A model generated the notes under the pieces. That model was given only the letters and a program-made list of their open reading frames with translations, was not told the origin of the DNA and ran no database searches. Below, piece after piece: positions 52,140 through 61,599 of a stretch of 64,000 nucleotides of DNA. Made by a program: the position numbers and the translations under genes. Position 1 is the stretch's first letter, and each line of letters opens with the position of its first letter. Source of the DNA: Candidatus Saganbacteria bacterium (GTDB lineage Bacteria; Margulisbacteria; WOR-1; O2-12-FULL-45-9); contig JAFGDE010000015.1 in NCBI GenBank assembly GCA_016932255.1, positions 29,694-93,693 of the forward strand. The letters run 5' to 3'.

Positions 52140-52495
52140 GGCCGTTCCTCCAGCTTTTTAAGTTCAAGGCTATTTGCCCCAATGGACACGACCAGATAGC
52201 CGGCCGCTTCATCCCCCAGCATCAGACACAGGCCCCGCCCGCCGAATTCAAGTAAAGCCAACGGTTCTCCACCTCTGACCACCCCAGCCAACCGGGCGTA
52301 TTTGTCACCCAGCAGCACAGGGCCCGCGTCCAGTTTTAAAACGATGTTTTGGGCCTGGATCTTCTCATCGATCAGATAGAGAGGCTGCCGCTCGCCTGAT
52401 TCCGAGGTCCGGGAAGTCCTGAGCGGGATCTCAGCTCCGGCTGTCAGGGACAAACACAGACAGAAAAATGAACATAGGATTGTTCGTAAATACAT
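52136..52495 (-). CDS. hypothetical secreted protein upstream of the secretin (possible pilot/PilP-like)
   Basis: 119 aa, signal-like N-terminus CSFFCLCLSLTAGAE, 4-nt overlap with the secretin gene. Confidence 0.45.
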   Translation of the reverse strand: MYLRTILCSFFCLCLSLTAGAEIPLRTSRTSESGERQPLYLIDEKIQAQNIVLKLDAGPVLLGDKYARLAGVVRGGEPLALLEFGGRGLCLMLGDEAAGYLVVSIGANSLELKKLEERP

Positions 52496-52499
52496 GACA

Positions 52500-52625
52500 G
52501 GGCAAATGAAGCAATTTTATTGCCAGGGGGATCGGGTTCTGGGTTCTAGGTTCTTGGTTCTATGATTTTTATTATAAGATCAAATAAATATAAAATAATC
52601 CCAGAACCCAGTTGCTAGAACCCGA
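52500..52625. repeat. composite inverted-repeat element, copy B
   Basis: gggcaaatgaagcaattttattgccagggggatcgggttctgggttctaggttcttggttcta-[A/T core with tttttattataag]-atcccagaacccagttgctagaacccga. Same orientation as copy A. Confidence 0.8.
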
Positions 52626-52642
52626 TATCTAAAATGTCGCAG

Positions 52643-53635
52643 TTACGACAACGCGCCGAAGCGGAAAAGCAGAAAGAGCGACACAAGATAAAGCACGATC
52701 GTCAGGATCGAGGTCCAGTGTTTTTTGACCTGCCGCTTCATCGTGTAGTAAAGCAAGCCCATCAGGACGGCCCCGCTTAAAGCAGCAAAGATCATGGCCG
52801 GATTGACCGAGGAATAAAGCGAAGCCGGCCGGTAGAATATATCAGCGATAAAAACGAGCGAGACATCAAAAACATTGCTGCCGACCATATTGCCGACCGC
52901 CATGCTGAAGTGACCCAACCTCAGCGCTGAAAAAGAGACCGTCAGCTCAGGCAGTGTTGTGGCCAGGGCCAGGAAAAGGACGCCGACAAAGGTCTGCCCC
53001 CAACCCATCACTGCCACTATTTCATTGCCGATAAAAGGCAGCCAGCTGCCGGCAACGACGACGATAACGGCTGACAGGGCAAAGAAGAAATAGACCTGCG
53101 CTGATGACACATGTTCATAACCGGCGGAAAAAGCTTCCGCAGCACGCTCTCTCTGGCCGTAAATAACCCATAAAGATAATAGATAAATCCCCAGGATAAT
53201 AAAGGAATAAACCGATATTCCTGCAAATGAAGGGTCAAAAGCAACACGGCCCAAGGACAAGGACATTGCAACGATCAAGAGGATCAATACGCCAAAAATG
53301 GTCGAAGCCAGGTTGCTGGGTTTAGGCCGGATAAAGATGGTCCCTTTGCCTCTTAAGCCCCAAATCAGGTCAAGCAGGGCCAGAGAGAACATGTTCATCA
53401 TGCAGGCCCCCAGCAGATCTCCTGCCGCCAGGTCCGGCACTAGGGCAACCGCAGAGGCTGACACAGCCGTAGCCAATTCAGGCAATGAAGTGATCGCCGC
53501 CAGAAGCACCAGGCCGATCCAGGCGCGGCACAGGCCGGTCTTTTCGGCAATGGCATCGCCGTACTGGGATAGCCGGGACCCGGCCAGATAAATGATGACG
53601 GCGCAAAGGCTGAATTTTAACCAAACGATCAGCAT
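52643..53635 (-). CDS. Ca2+/cation antiporter (CaCA, YrbG-like) family membrane protein
   Basis: Two alpha-repeats: ITSLPELATAVSA / GDLLGACMMNMF and ATTLPELTVSFSA / GNMVGSNVFDV. Confidence 0.8.
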   Translation of the reverse strand: MLIVWLKFSLCAVIIYLAGSRLSQYGDAIAEKTGLCRAWIGLVLLAAITSLPELATAVSASAVALVPDLAAGDLLGACMMNMFSLALLDLIWGLRGKGTIFIRPKPSNLASTIFGVLILLIVAMSLSLGRVAFDPSFAGISVYSFIILGIYLLSLWVIYGQRERAAEAFSAGYEHVSSAQVYFFFALSAVIVVVAGSWLPFIGNEIVAVMGWGQTFVGVLFLALATTLPELTVSFSALRLGHFSMAVGNMVGSNVFDVSLVFIADIFYRPASLYSSVNPAMIFAALSGAVLMGLLYYTMKRQVKKHWTSILTIVLYLVSLFLLFRFGALS

Positions 53636-53667
53636 GGGGTCAATTCTATCAACCGCTCAAACAATAA

Positions 53668-54015
53668 TCAAACCGGTCCGGCCTCGTGCTCCAGCCTTTG
53701 GACAATACGCCTGGCAAAATAACCCAGATCGGTCCGGCCGCGCAGGTGTCGCAGGACCGCTTTAAGCACCTCGTTCTTCTGGGGCAGCACAGAGTGGCGC
53801 CAGCGTTCAACGCTTTGAGAGAAATTATCCTCAGCCTCCTGTTCCAGCCGGTCGATCTCCCGCTCTTTTTCTTCCAATTCCTCCCGCTGAAAAGCCGGAT
53901 AGACAAGACGGTCAAGCAGCCGCCGCCGCTCCCTGGCCCAGAGGCGTTTGCTCAGATATTCGGCGGCGATCTGCCGGCCTGTTTCAGCTGGGTTGAACTC
54001 TTCCGCCATGATCAA
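53668..54015 (-). CDS. hypothetical protein (charged, helical)
   Basis: 115-aa ORF with a 4-nt overlap with the upstream gene. No motif recognised. Confidence 0.4.
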   Translation of the reverse strand: MIMAEEFNPAETGRQIAAEYLSKRLWARERRRLLDRLVYPAFQREELEEKEREIDRLEQEAEDNFSQSVERWRHSVLPQKNEVLKAVLRHLRGRTDLGYFARRIVQRLEHEAGPV

Positions 54016-54650
54016 ATAGTGAATTCTGGCAGGGTCGTGGTCGGCACATCCGGGATGCCCGGCTGCAGCGGCAGATAAAGATTATTGCCTGTTGTCGTTT
54101 GGCCGCGTGAAAGCGTCACTTCAAGTGAAGTTGACTGAAAAGTAGCGGTCACCTCGCTGACCACCCAATAAGTGCCGGCCGGCACGTCAGCAAGAGAATA
54201 CTTGCCGCTGCTGTCAGTATAATCCAAAAGCGAGGGGCTCTCCCGCAGATAGATCTTAATGCCCTGGGCCACACCCTGATTGCTCTGCGCGATACCTTCG
54301 ATCCAGCCATGTTCGGTCACGGTCACCGTGGCGGCATCAGACTTGCCGTCACAAGTGGCGGTTATCTGGCCGGTACCTGCGGTATTACCCGCGCTGAACA
54401 GCCCTGTCGTACTGATGCTGCCGATGGTCGCGCTCCAGCTCGGGTCGGAAGAAACGATCTGCCCCAAGCTGTTGCGCACGATGGCTGTAAAGACCTTGCT
54501 CTGGTTCACGCCAACCGTCGCGCTGCTGGGAGAGATAGTGATGCTTGATGAAGTGCTCGAGATATCACCGCAACCGAACAGCAGGAAGGCTGAAACCGCG
54601 ATGGCAAACAGATAAAAGACCAGCGTAGATCTAAACGATGAGTTTGCCAT
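54012..54650 (-). CDS. lipoprotein with Big_2 Ig-like domain and carboxypeptidase-regulatory-like domain
   Basis: Lipobox LLFGC. Big_2-like SATVGVNQSKVFTAIV...GTGQITATCDGKSDAATVTV. Then YTDSSGKYSLADVPAGTYWV. Confidence 0.65.
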   Translation of the reverse strand: MANSSFRSTLVFYLFAIAVSAFLLFGCGDISSTSSSITISPSSATVGVNQSKVFTAIVRNSLGQIVSSDPSWSATIGSISTTGLFSAGNTAGTGQITATCDGKSDAATVTVTEHGWIEGIAQSNQGVAQGIKIYLRESPSLLDYTDSSGKYSLADVPAGTYWVVSEVTATFQSTSLEVTLSRGQTTTGNNLYLPLQPGIPDVPTTTLPEFTI

Positions 54651-55920
54651 CGCGCACCACGATCCGGCCGCCCACTATCGTATAGAGGACCCTGCCCTTG
54701 AGCCGCCAACCGGTAAATGGGGTATTCCTGCTCTTGGAGGCAAAAGCCTTTGGTTCAACGGTCCACTCGGACTTTGGATCGACCAGGATAATATCGGCAT
54801 CAGCGCCTGGCTTAAGGCTGCCTTTGTTCAGGCCGAGTATTCCGGCCGGGTTCACGGTCATTTTCTCGACCGCCTGCCGCAACGTCAGGGCCTTTGGCCC
54901 GACCAATTTGGTCAGGACCAGGCTTAAAGCCGTCTCCAGGCCGACCAGGCCGAAAGCCGCCTGATTGAACTCTACTTCTTTGGCTTCGATATTATGCGGC
55001 GCGTGATCGGTGGCAATAGCATCAATGGTGCCATCCTTAAGCCCGCGGATAACGGCCTGAAGATCGCGTTTGCCTTTAAGCGGCGGATTGACCTTGGCAT
55101 TCGTATCATATTCGCGCACCGCTTCTTCAGTCAGGCTAAAATAGTGCGGGCAGGTCTCACAGGTCAGAGGCGCGCCCAGCCGCTTGGCCCGGCGGACCAA
55201 GTCGACAGAACCCGCCGAAGAAACATGGGCGATATGCACCCGCCCGTATTCTTTTGCCAGCATCGTATCGCGCGCGACCATGATCTCCTCAGCCAAGGCC
55301 GGGATGCCCGGCAGGCCAATGGCGGTCGAAAGAGCGCTCTCGTTCATGCTGCCGCCATGCGACAGAGTTTTGTCTTCAGTATGGGAGATAAGCGGCACGT
55401 TGAACTGGCTGGCGTATTCCAGGGCCCGCCGCATGACATCAGCGCGCATCAACGCCTGACCGTCATCGGAAAAGGCCACCGCGCCCTCCTTGAGGATCAA
55501 GCCCATTTCGGTCAACTGCTCTCCAGCCAGGCCTTTGGTCACCGCTGCGATCGGCAGGACATTAATTACGGCTTCGGTCCGGGCCTTGTCCATGATGTAT
55601 TTGACAACCGCGGGATTATCGATCGGCGGTTCAGTATTAGCCATGCAGCAGACCGTGGTAAAACCGCCCAGGGCAGCTGCCCTGGAGCCGGAAGCGATGG
55701 TTTCCTTGTCCGGCCGGCCGGGATCACGGAAATGCGCGTGCATATCGATCAGTCCCGGCAGGACCAACAATCCTTTTGCGTCGATCACCTTGGCCCCTGA
55801 ACCCCGGACCCTGGCCCCGATCTTTTTGATCTTGCCGTTCTCGATCAAGACATCGCGCATACCGTCGAGCCTGCTGGCCGGATCGATCACCCGGCCGTTC
55901 TTGATCAGAAGTTTTACCAT
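54631..55920 (-). CDS. pyrC: dihydroorotase
   Basis: VLPGLIDMHAHFRDPG, HIAHVSS, ATDHAPH. Confidence 0.9.
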   Translation of the reverse strand: MVKLLIKNGRVIDPASRLDGMRDVLIENGKIKKIGARVRGSGAKVIDAKGLLVLPGLIDMHAHFRDPGRPDKETIASGSRAAALGGFTTVCCMANTEPPIDNPAVVKYIMDKARTEAVINVLPIAAVTKGLAGEQLTEMGLILKEGAVAFSDDGQALMRADVMRRALEYASQFNVPLISHTEDKTLSHGGSMNESALSTAIGLPGIPALAEEIMVARDTMLAKEYGRVHIAHVSSAGSVDLVRRAKRLGAPLTCETCPHYFSLTEEAVREYDTNAKVNPPLKGKRDLQAVIRGLKDGTIDAIATDHAPHNIEAKEVEFNQAAFGLVGLETALSLVLTKLVGPKALTLRQAVEKMTVNPAGILGLNKGSLKPGADADIILVDPKSEWTVEPKAFASKSRNTPFTGWRLKGRVLYTIVGGRIVVRDGKLIV

Positions 55921-56717
55921 TACATTTTTATCCTTTTACGCACAGAGGAAAGGATCCCCTTGATCCCCGGTTTTTTTTCGTTCCTGCGTTTATTGCCGCC
56001 GCGGCTGCGTTCCTCATTCTTGATGTGATGCAGGGCGTGCATGGCCGCGCGTTGCTCAGCTTCCTTCTTGTTGCGACCGCGGCCAGTGCCGTAACGCTTG
56101 TTCTTGATCTTGACCTCCATCCAGAAGACCCGCCGGTGCTTTGGCCCTGTTTCCTTGATCACACGGTAGTGGGGCAGATCCCATTTTCGCTTCTGGGCGT
56201 ATTCCTGAAGAGCTGATTTATAATCCCTGATATAGCCTTCCTGGGTCACCTTTTCGATCTCAGGCGTTAGAAAGCCCAGGATCATCTCTCTTGACTTGCC
56301 TATGCCGGCATCGAGGAAGACCGCACCGATCACGGCTTCCAGCGCGTTGGCCAGATTGGATTTACGGCGAGTCCCGCCGGTCCTTTTTTCATTGGCGCTG
56401 AGCAGCAGATACTCGCCGATCGCCAGATTGCGGCCGACTCCGGCCAGGGTCTCGTCTGAGATGACCGCCGCGCGGTATTTGGTCAGGTCGCCCTCGGCCC
56501 GGTCAGGGAATTTATGGTAGAGATATTCGCTAATGACCAGCTTAAGGATGGCGTCGCCCAGGAATTCCAGCCGCTCGTTGTCAGGCACCTTGTACTCATG
56601 GCCAAAAGAACTGTGGGTCAGAGAGTGATTCAATAATGCCAGATTTAAAAAAGAAGTCCCGAGCTTTTTTTCGAACTCCTGCAGTTCTGCTACACGCTTA
56701 GCGTCGAGCTGTTCCAT
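55920..56717 (-). CDS. rnc: ribonuclease III
   Basis: Signature NERLEFLGDAIL, EGDLTKYRAAVIS. dsRBD: KSALQEYAQKRKWDLPHYRV...GTGRGRNKKEAEQRAA. Basic C-terminal tail. Confidence 0.92.
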   Translation of the reverse strand: MEQLDAKRVAELQEFEKKLGTSFLNLALLNHSLTHSSFGHEYKVPDNERLEFLGDAILKLVISEYLYHKFPDRAEGDLTKYRAAVISDETLAGVGRNLAIGEYLLLSANEKRTGGTRRKSNLANALEAVIGAVFLDAGIGKSREMILGFLTPEIEKVTQEGYIRDYKSALQEYAQKRKWDLPHYRVIKETGPKHRRVFWMEVKIKNKRYGTGRGRNKKEAEQRAAMHALHHIKNEERSRGGNKRRNEKKPGIKGILSSVRKRIKM

Positions 56718-56794
56718 TTGACATTATATTCTACATTATTTATAATCGGTTATCAACCTGTCCGGCTGTATTGCCGGACAAAGCAGGTGTAATT

Positions 56795-57778
56795 ATGGCT
56801 ATTCTCTCTCCAATTATGAGCTATATAGTCGACAAAGAAGTAGGCTTCCCTATCCCCTCAGAAAAGGAAAAGATCAATAAAGCACTGAAACGTTATCGTT
56901 ACATCCTGTCTCAGCATCCTAATCGCTCCGACGCCCCTGAGATCATGTTCGGCATCGCGGATCTACTGGTCGGACGGGGAGAACCCGGCGACCATGCCGA
57001 AGCTATGCGCCTCTACGATCAGATCCTCTTGCGCAACCCGCCTGAATATTTGAAGGCCCGGGCCTTGATCGGCAAGGCGGAGCTGATGATCGGCGTGCCT
57101 GAGGATTTCGGCAACGCGATCTCATTTTGCGAGAAAGCCCGGGCTATCCTGGGTAACGACGTTTCGGATTTCTTCGCGGCCAAGACATTCATTGTTGAAG
57201 CCGAGCTGAGATTGGCCCGCCGCGATAAAGGCGACTGGGCCAAGGCCCTGGAACTGATCAATCGAGTGGTCAAGGAAAAGGACGCTCACTGGTACTTTCG
57301 CGGCCGTGCCCTGCTCTCTAAAGCCGAGATCATTCTTTACCGCAACCCGGACGATCTGGGCACAGCACTTAAACTGGTCGATTTCTCACTCAAGGAGCTC
57401 AAGTCCCGCCCCGACGACTATTTTGCCAACAAGGGCAAGGTGCTTAAGGCCGAGATCCTGATGCGTCGGGCCAAGAAGAGCGATTTCATTAAAGCAGAAA
57501 AAATGCTGACCGAAGTGGTCAAGAACCCGTTCGGCTACAAGGACCTGCTGGCCAGAGCCAGGTTAGACCTAGCTGATATCGTGACCCACCCAAAAGCGAC
57601 CAAACTGCTCAAACAGGTCCACGAAATGGAAGGATTGGACCCGTATCTGATCGAAAAAGCCTCGCTAATCGAACAGGCGCTCAAAGACCGCTCGCGCGAG
57701 GTCAACGGCTTCAAGAAATCCGCCAAGAAAAAGCCTGCCAAAAAGAAACTGGCTGGAAAGAAGAGAAAAAAGAAGTAA
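56795..57778 (+). CDS. TPR-like repeat protein with Lys-rich C-terminal tail
   Basis: Helical repeat pattern and the tail KKSAKKKPAKKKLAGKKRKKK. ATG 56795 (AGGTG SD 5 nt upstream) is preferred over the track TTG 56771. Confidence 0.5.
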   Translation: MAILSPIMSYIVDKEVGFPIPSEKEKINKALKRYRYILSQHPNRSDAPEIMFGIADLLVGRGEPGDHAEAMRLYDQILLRNPPEYLKARALIGKAELMIGVPEDFGNAISFCEKARAILGNDVSDFFAAKTFIVEAELRLARRDKGDWAKALELINRVVKEKDAHWYFRGRALLSKAEIILYRNPDDLGTALKLVDFSLKELKSRPDDYFANKGKVLKAEILMRRAKKSDFIKAEKMLTEVVKNPFGYKDLLARARLDLADIVTHPKATKLLKQVHEMEGLDPYLIEKASLIEQALKDRSREVNGFKKSAKKKPAKKKLAGKKRKKK

Positions 57779-59058
57779 TGGGCAAGACCACTGGCGGTGA
57801 GCGCGGTCGCACCATCGCGGAAAAGATCCTTTCCTCTCACTCAGGAAAGAACGCTAAGGCTGGGGATATCGTTATCGCTGAATTAGATTACATGATCGGC
57901 CAGGACGGCACTTCCGGCGTGGCTATCGATTCATTCCGCAAACTCGGCGTAGCTAAGGTCAAGAATCCTGATAGGATGGCCATCATCATTGACCATAGTT
58001 CCCCTTCGCCCAACAAAGGCGTTTCCGACATCCACCAGAAGATCAGGGAATTTGTCAAAGAACAGGGCTTCACCCTTTACGACATCGGCTGCGGCGTCTG
58101 TCATCAGATCACTCCGGAACAGGGCCATGCCGTGCCGGGAGATCTGATCATCGGCGCTGATTCCCACACCTGCACCTACGGCGCGATCAACGCTTTCTCC
58201 ACCGGCATCGGCTCGACCGATCTGGCCGCGGGCTGGGCCTCGGGCCAGCTCTGGTTCAAGGTGCCGGAGACCATGAAGGTCATATATAGCGGCAAACTGA
58301 CCAAGGGCATTTTTTCCAAGGACCTGGTGCTCAAGCTGATCGGCGATATCACTGCTGACGGCGCTACTTACATGGCCCTGGAGATCTACGGCCAGGCGAT
58401 CGCGGACATGTCGGTTGACGCCCGCTTCACCATTTCGAACATGGCTATCGAGTGCGGCGCCAAGACCGGCCTGATGGAAGCAGATAAGAAGACCCTGGAC
58501 TGGGTCAAGGCCCATTCTAAGAGAAAGCCCAACCCCGTAGTCGCGGACAAGGACGCCAAGTATGCCAAGACAGTTGAGATAGATATCAATAAATTAGAAC
58601 CGCAGATCGCCAAGCCCCACACTGTCGATAACGTTGTGCCTATCTCCAGGTTGGGCAATGTTCCTGTTGCCCAGGGCTTGATCGGCACCTGCACCAACGG
58701 CCGGCTGGAAGACTTCCGCATCGCAGCTCAGATCCTCAAAGGCAAGAAAGTCAAACCTGGCTGCCGCTTGATCCTGGCCCCGGCATCGAAACAGATCCTT
58801 TTGGACATGATCAAAGAAGGGATATATCAGTCGTTGCTGGAATCCGGCGCTATTGCCGTGACCCCTGGCTGCGGCCCGTGCGTTGGCACCCACAACGGCG
58901 TGCCGTCCGACGGCGAGAACGTTATCTCGACAGCCAACCGCAACTTCAAAGGCCGCATGGGCAACCCCAACGCTTTTATTTACCTGGGCTCGCCCGCCAC
59001 GGTCGCCGCGTCGATGATCGAAGGGAAAATAGCCGACCCGAGGAAGTATCTGTCGTGA
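57778..59058 (+). CDS. leuC: 3-isopropylmalate / homoaconitate dehydratase large subunit (short archaeal-type LeuC/HacA)
   Basis: Aconitase-family motifs: IGADSHTCTYGA, GTCTNGRLEDF, TPGCGPCVG, NRNFKGRMG. No small-subunit gene is adjacent. Confidence 0.88.
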   Translation: MGKTTGGERGRTIAEKILSSHSGKNAKAGDIVIAELDYMIGQDGTSGVAIDSFRKLGVAKVKNPDRMAIIIDHSSPSPNKGVSDIHQKIREFVKEQGFTLYDIGCGVCHQITPEQGHAVPGDLIIGADSHTCTYGAINAFSTGIGSTDLAAGWASGQLWFKVPETMKVIYSGKLTKGIFSKDLVLKLIGDITADGATYMALEIYGQAIADMSVDARFTISNMAIECGAKTGLMEADKKTLDWVKAHSKRKPNPVVADKDAKYAKTVEIDINKLEPQIAKPHTVDNVVPISRLGNVPVAQGLIGTCTNGRLEDFRIAAQILKGKKVKPGCRLILAPASKQILLDMIKEGIYQSLLESGAIAVTPGCGPCVGTHNGVPSDGENVISTANRNFKGRMGNPNAFIYLGSPATVAASMIEGKIADPRKYLS

Positions 59059-59070
59059 TCGCGACGCTCT

Positions 59071-59199
59071 TGGGTCCTAGGTTCTAGCAACTGGGTTCTG
59101 GGATATTTATATCTTTATCTGTTTTTATAAAAATATCCTAGAACCTAGTACCCAATACCCAGAACCCGATTCCCTGGCAATAAGATTGCTGCTTGTTCC
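59071..59199. repeat. composite inverted-repeat element, copy C (inverted relative to A and B)
   Basis: The reverse complement reads ggaacaagcagcaatcttattgccagggaatcgggttctgggtattgggtactaggttcta-[A/T core]-atcccagaacccagttgctagaacctaggaccca. This is collinear with copy B. Confidence 0.8.
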
Positions 59200-59212
59200 T
59201 CAGGTTTTATTA

Positions 59213-59719
59213 GTGAATTTTTACATCACTACTCAACACATCGAACAGATTATCTACCTGATCAGAGGGCAAAAAGTTATACTTGATCGGGATCTAGCTG
59301 TATTATACGGGGTTTCAACTAGGCGGCTCAATGAGCAGGTTAAAAGAAATATTGAGCGTTTCCCTGACGACTTCATGTTTTCCCTGACAAGACAAGAAAT
59401 ATCAAGCATATCGCAAATTGCGACATCCTCGCTGAAGTTCTCAAAGAACGTCAATGCCTTCACAGAAAACGGTGTTGCCATGTTATCTTCTGTCTTGAAG
59501 AGTAAAAGAGCCGTTCAGGTTAACATACAGATCATGCGTACTTTTGCTAAATTGCGGCAAATGCTTTCTTCCCACAAAGAGTTACGGGAAAAGCTTGAGA
59601 TCATGGAGCACAAATATGATAAGCAATTCAGGGTCGTCTTTGAGGCGATCAGGTCAATGATCAAGATAAAAGAAAAGAAAAAGCCGATCGGTTTTCTGTC
59701 GGACAAGCAAGACCACTAA
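59213..59719 (+). CDS. ORF6N-domain protein (KilA-N-related, typical of mobile elements/prophages)
   Basis: IYLIRGQKVILDRDLAVLYGVSTRRLNEQVKRNIERFPDDFMFSLTRQE. The track start (TTG 59186) lies inside repeat copy C. GTG 59213 is a guess. Confidence 0.65.
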   Translation: MNFYITTQHIEQIIYLIRGQKVILDRDLAVLYGVSTRRLNEQVKRNIERFPDDFMFSLTRQEISSISQIATSSLKFSKNVNAFTENGVAMLSSVLKSKRAVQVNIQIMRTFAKLRQMLSSHKELREKLEIMEHKYDKQFRVVFEAIRSMIKIKEKKKPIGFLSDKQDH

Positions 59720-59746
59720 CTCCATCAAGCGCCTGTGATTCGCCTT

Positions 59747-60220
59747 TTAGGTCAGATCCCTTATCTGCTTCTTGAAGAGTTCGTGTATCAGGGAAAGCAT
59801 TACAGCGCTGCCGATTATCGCCAGGCTCAGTTTCCAACTAGCCCCACCCAACGCAACAGCCAGGGCCACGCCTGAAGCCGGAGGATGCTCCGTATCTACG
59901 GCCACCATCAGAAAAATAGACAGCCCGACCGCAGCAGCGTAATAAATGGCCGGTGGGACAAAAGCAGGGTGCGGGATGAAACAAAAGAGCGCTCCGCAGA
60001 CAAGCCCTACAATATAGCCGCCAATGATATTCCTGGGCTTGGCCGAGAGAGTGTTGGGCATGGCAAAAACAATAAAAGAGGTCGCGCCAAGCGAAGCAAC
60101 AATGACCAGCCGCCGCATACTTAGAACATGCAGGATCAGGAAAACGAAAAATGTCGCCAGCAGGCTCTGGATAACGTAATTCGGCCAGTGTTGTTTGAAT
60201 TCAGCGATTATTTTTTTCAT
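59747..60220 (-). CDS. HPP family membrane protein
   Basis: Four or five TM helices and the motif DTEHPPASGVALAV. Confidence 0.75.
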   Translation of the reverse strand: MKKIIAEFKQHWPNYVIQSLLATFFVFLILHVLSMRRLVIVASLGATSFIVFAMPNTLSAKPRNIIGGYIVGLVCGALFCFIPHPAFVPPAIYYAAAVGLSIFLMVAVDTEHPPASGVALAVALGGASWKLSLAIIGSAVMLSLIHELFKKQIRDLT

Positions 60221-61599
60221 ATGAGATTTGCCAACGCCTCCTTGACCGAAGCTACTCCGAGAATGGATATTTTTGTTTTACCTATCTCTAAAACACTTGT
60301 CTTTGGCGCGATGATCTGTTTAAAACCCAATTTGGCCGCTTCATTGACCCGCTGATCGATCCGGTTGACCGAGCGGATCTCGCCGGACAGCCCGATCTCG
60401 CCGACAATTACTGTCGCGGGATCGACCGGTTTGTTCTTAAAGCTGGAAGCTATGGCCAGGGCGATCGGCAGGTCCATGGCTGTGCCGGAGGCCTCAACCC
60501 CGCCGGCAGCGTTAACATAGATATCCTGGGTCATTAAGCGCAGGCCGGCGTGGCGTTCAAGTACTGCAATAATCATCGTCGTTCGGTTATAGTCAACGCC
60601 CGTGGTCTTGCGGGCCGGATAAGCCAGCTTGGTTGGCGCGACCAGTGCCTGGATCTCGATCAGCATGGCCCGGGTGCCTTCAATTCCTGAGGTTATCACT
60701 GAACCCGGAGCATCGGCCGGCCTCTCGGAAATAAAGACCTGGGATGGGTTAGGAACTTCGACCAAGCCTTTATCCTTCATCTCAAAAATACCGACTTCAT
60801 TGGTCGAGCCGAATCGGTTCTTGCTCGCCCGCAGGATCCGGTATTGCTTGTGCCGGTCGCCTTCAAAATAAAGCACTGTGTCAACGATATGCTCCAAGAG
60901 CCTTGGCCCGGCAATGTTGCCTTCTTTGGTTACGTGTCCCACGATAAAGATCGGGATGCCGGTCGCTTTGGCGATCCTGACCAGATAGCCGGCGCACTCC
61001 CGCACCTGAGAGACCGAGCCGGGTGCTGAGGAAATATCATCGCGGAACATCGTCTGGATGGAATCAATGATCAGGAACTTCGGCTGGGCCTCCTGGACCG
61101 CCTGCTCGATAGCGAAGAGATCGGTCTCCGGCAGAAGCAAAAGTTTGTCCGATAGCGTGCCCAGCCTTTCTGCCCTTAAACGGATCTGCTTGGCTGATTC
61201 TTCGCCGCTGATATAAAGCACCGTCTCCCGCTTGCTCAGGCATTCCGCGATCTGCAGCATCATAGTGGATTTACCGATGCCGGGCTCACCTGAAAACAGC
61301 ACGGCCGAACCAGCCACTACCCCACCGCCTAGCACTCTATCTACTTCCACAATGCCAGAAGGCGTCCGTTCCTCGTGTTTGTAATCGACCTGCGTAATGG
61401 CCAGGGGCTTTTCAGTTCGGGTATTGATCGATTGAAGCTTGTTCGATGATTGTATCTTGGAATTCGCAACTTGTTCCTCTACCAGACTGTTCCACTCCCC
61501 GCAGGAGCGACACTGGCCTTCCCACTTGGGAAAGTCCTGGCCGCAGACCTGGCAGACAAAACGGGTGGCTGGCTTACTCGGCTGAGAGCGCGGGTTCAT
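60217..61599 (-). CDS. radA: DNA repair protein RadA/Sms
   Basis: Zinc finger CQVCGQDFPKWEGQCRSCGEWNS, Walker A GEPGIGKST, KNRFG motif, Lon-protease-like C-domain. Confidence 0.93.
   Translation of the reverse strand: MNPRSQPSKPATRFVCQVCGQDFPKWEGQCRSCGEWNSLVEEQVANSKIQSSNKLQSINTRTEKPLAITQVDYKHEERTPSGIVEVDRVLGGGVVAGSAVLFSGEPGIGKSTMMLQIAECLSKRETVLYISGEESAKQIRLRAERLGTLSDKLLLLPETDLFAIEQAVQEAQPKFLIIDSIQTMFRDDISSAPGSVSQVRECAGYLVRIAKATGIPIFIVGHVTKEGNIAGPRLLEHIVDTVLYFEGDRHKQYRILRASKNRFGSTNEVGIFEMKDKGLVEVPNPSQVFISERPADAPGSVITSGIEGTRAMLIEIQALVAPTKLAYPARKTTGVDYNRTTMIIAVLERHAGLRLMTQDIYVNAAGGVEASGTAMDLPIALAIASSFKNKPVDPATVIVGEIGLSGEIRSVNRIDQRVNEAAKLGFKQIIAPKTSVLEIGKTKISILGVASVKEALANLI

Noticed and set aside
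54994-55800. 268-aa plus-strand ORF inside pyrC, and similar ORFs 62981..63769 and 62540..62935 inside clpC
   Set aside because: Shadow ORFs opposite strongly supported housekeeping genes.
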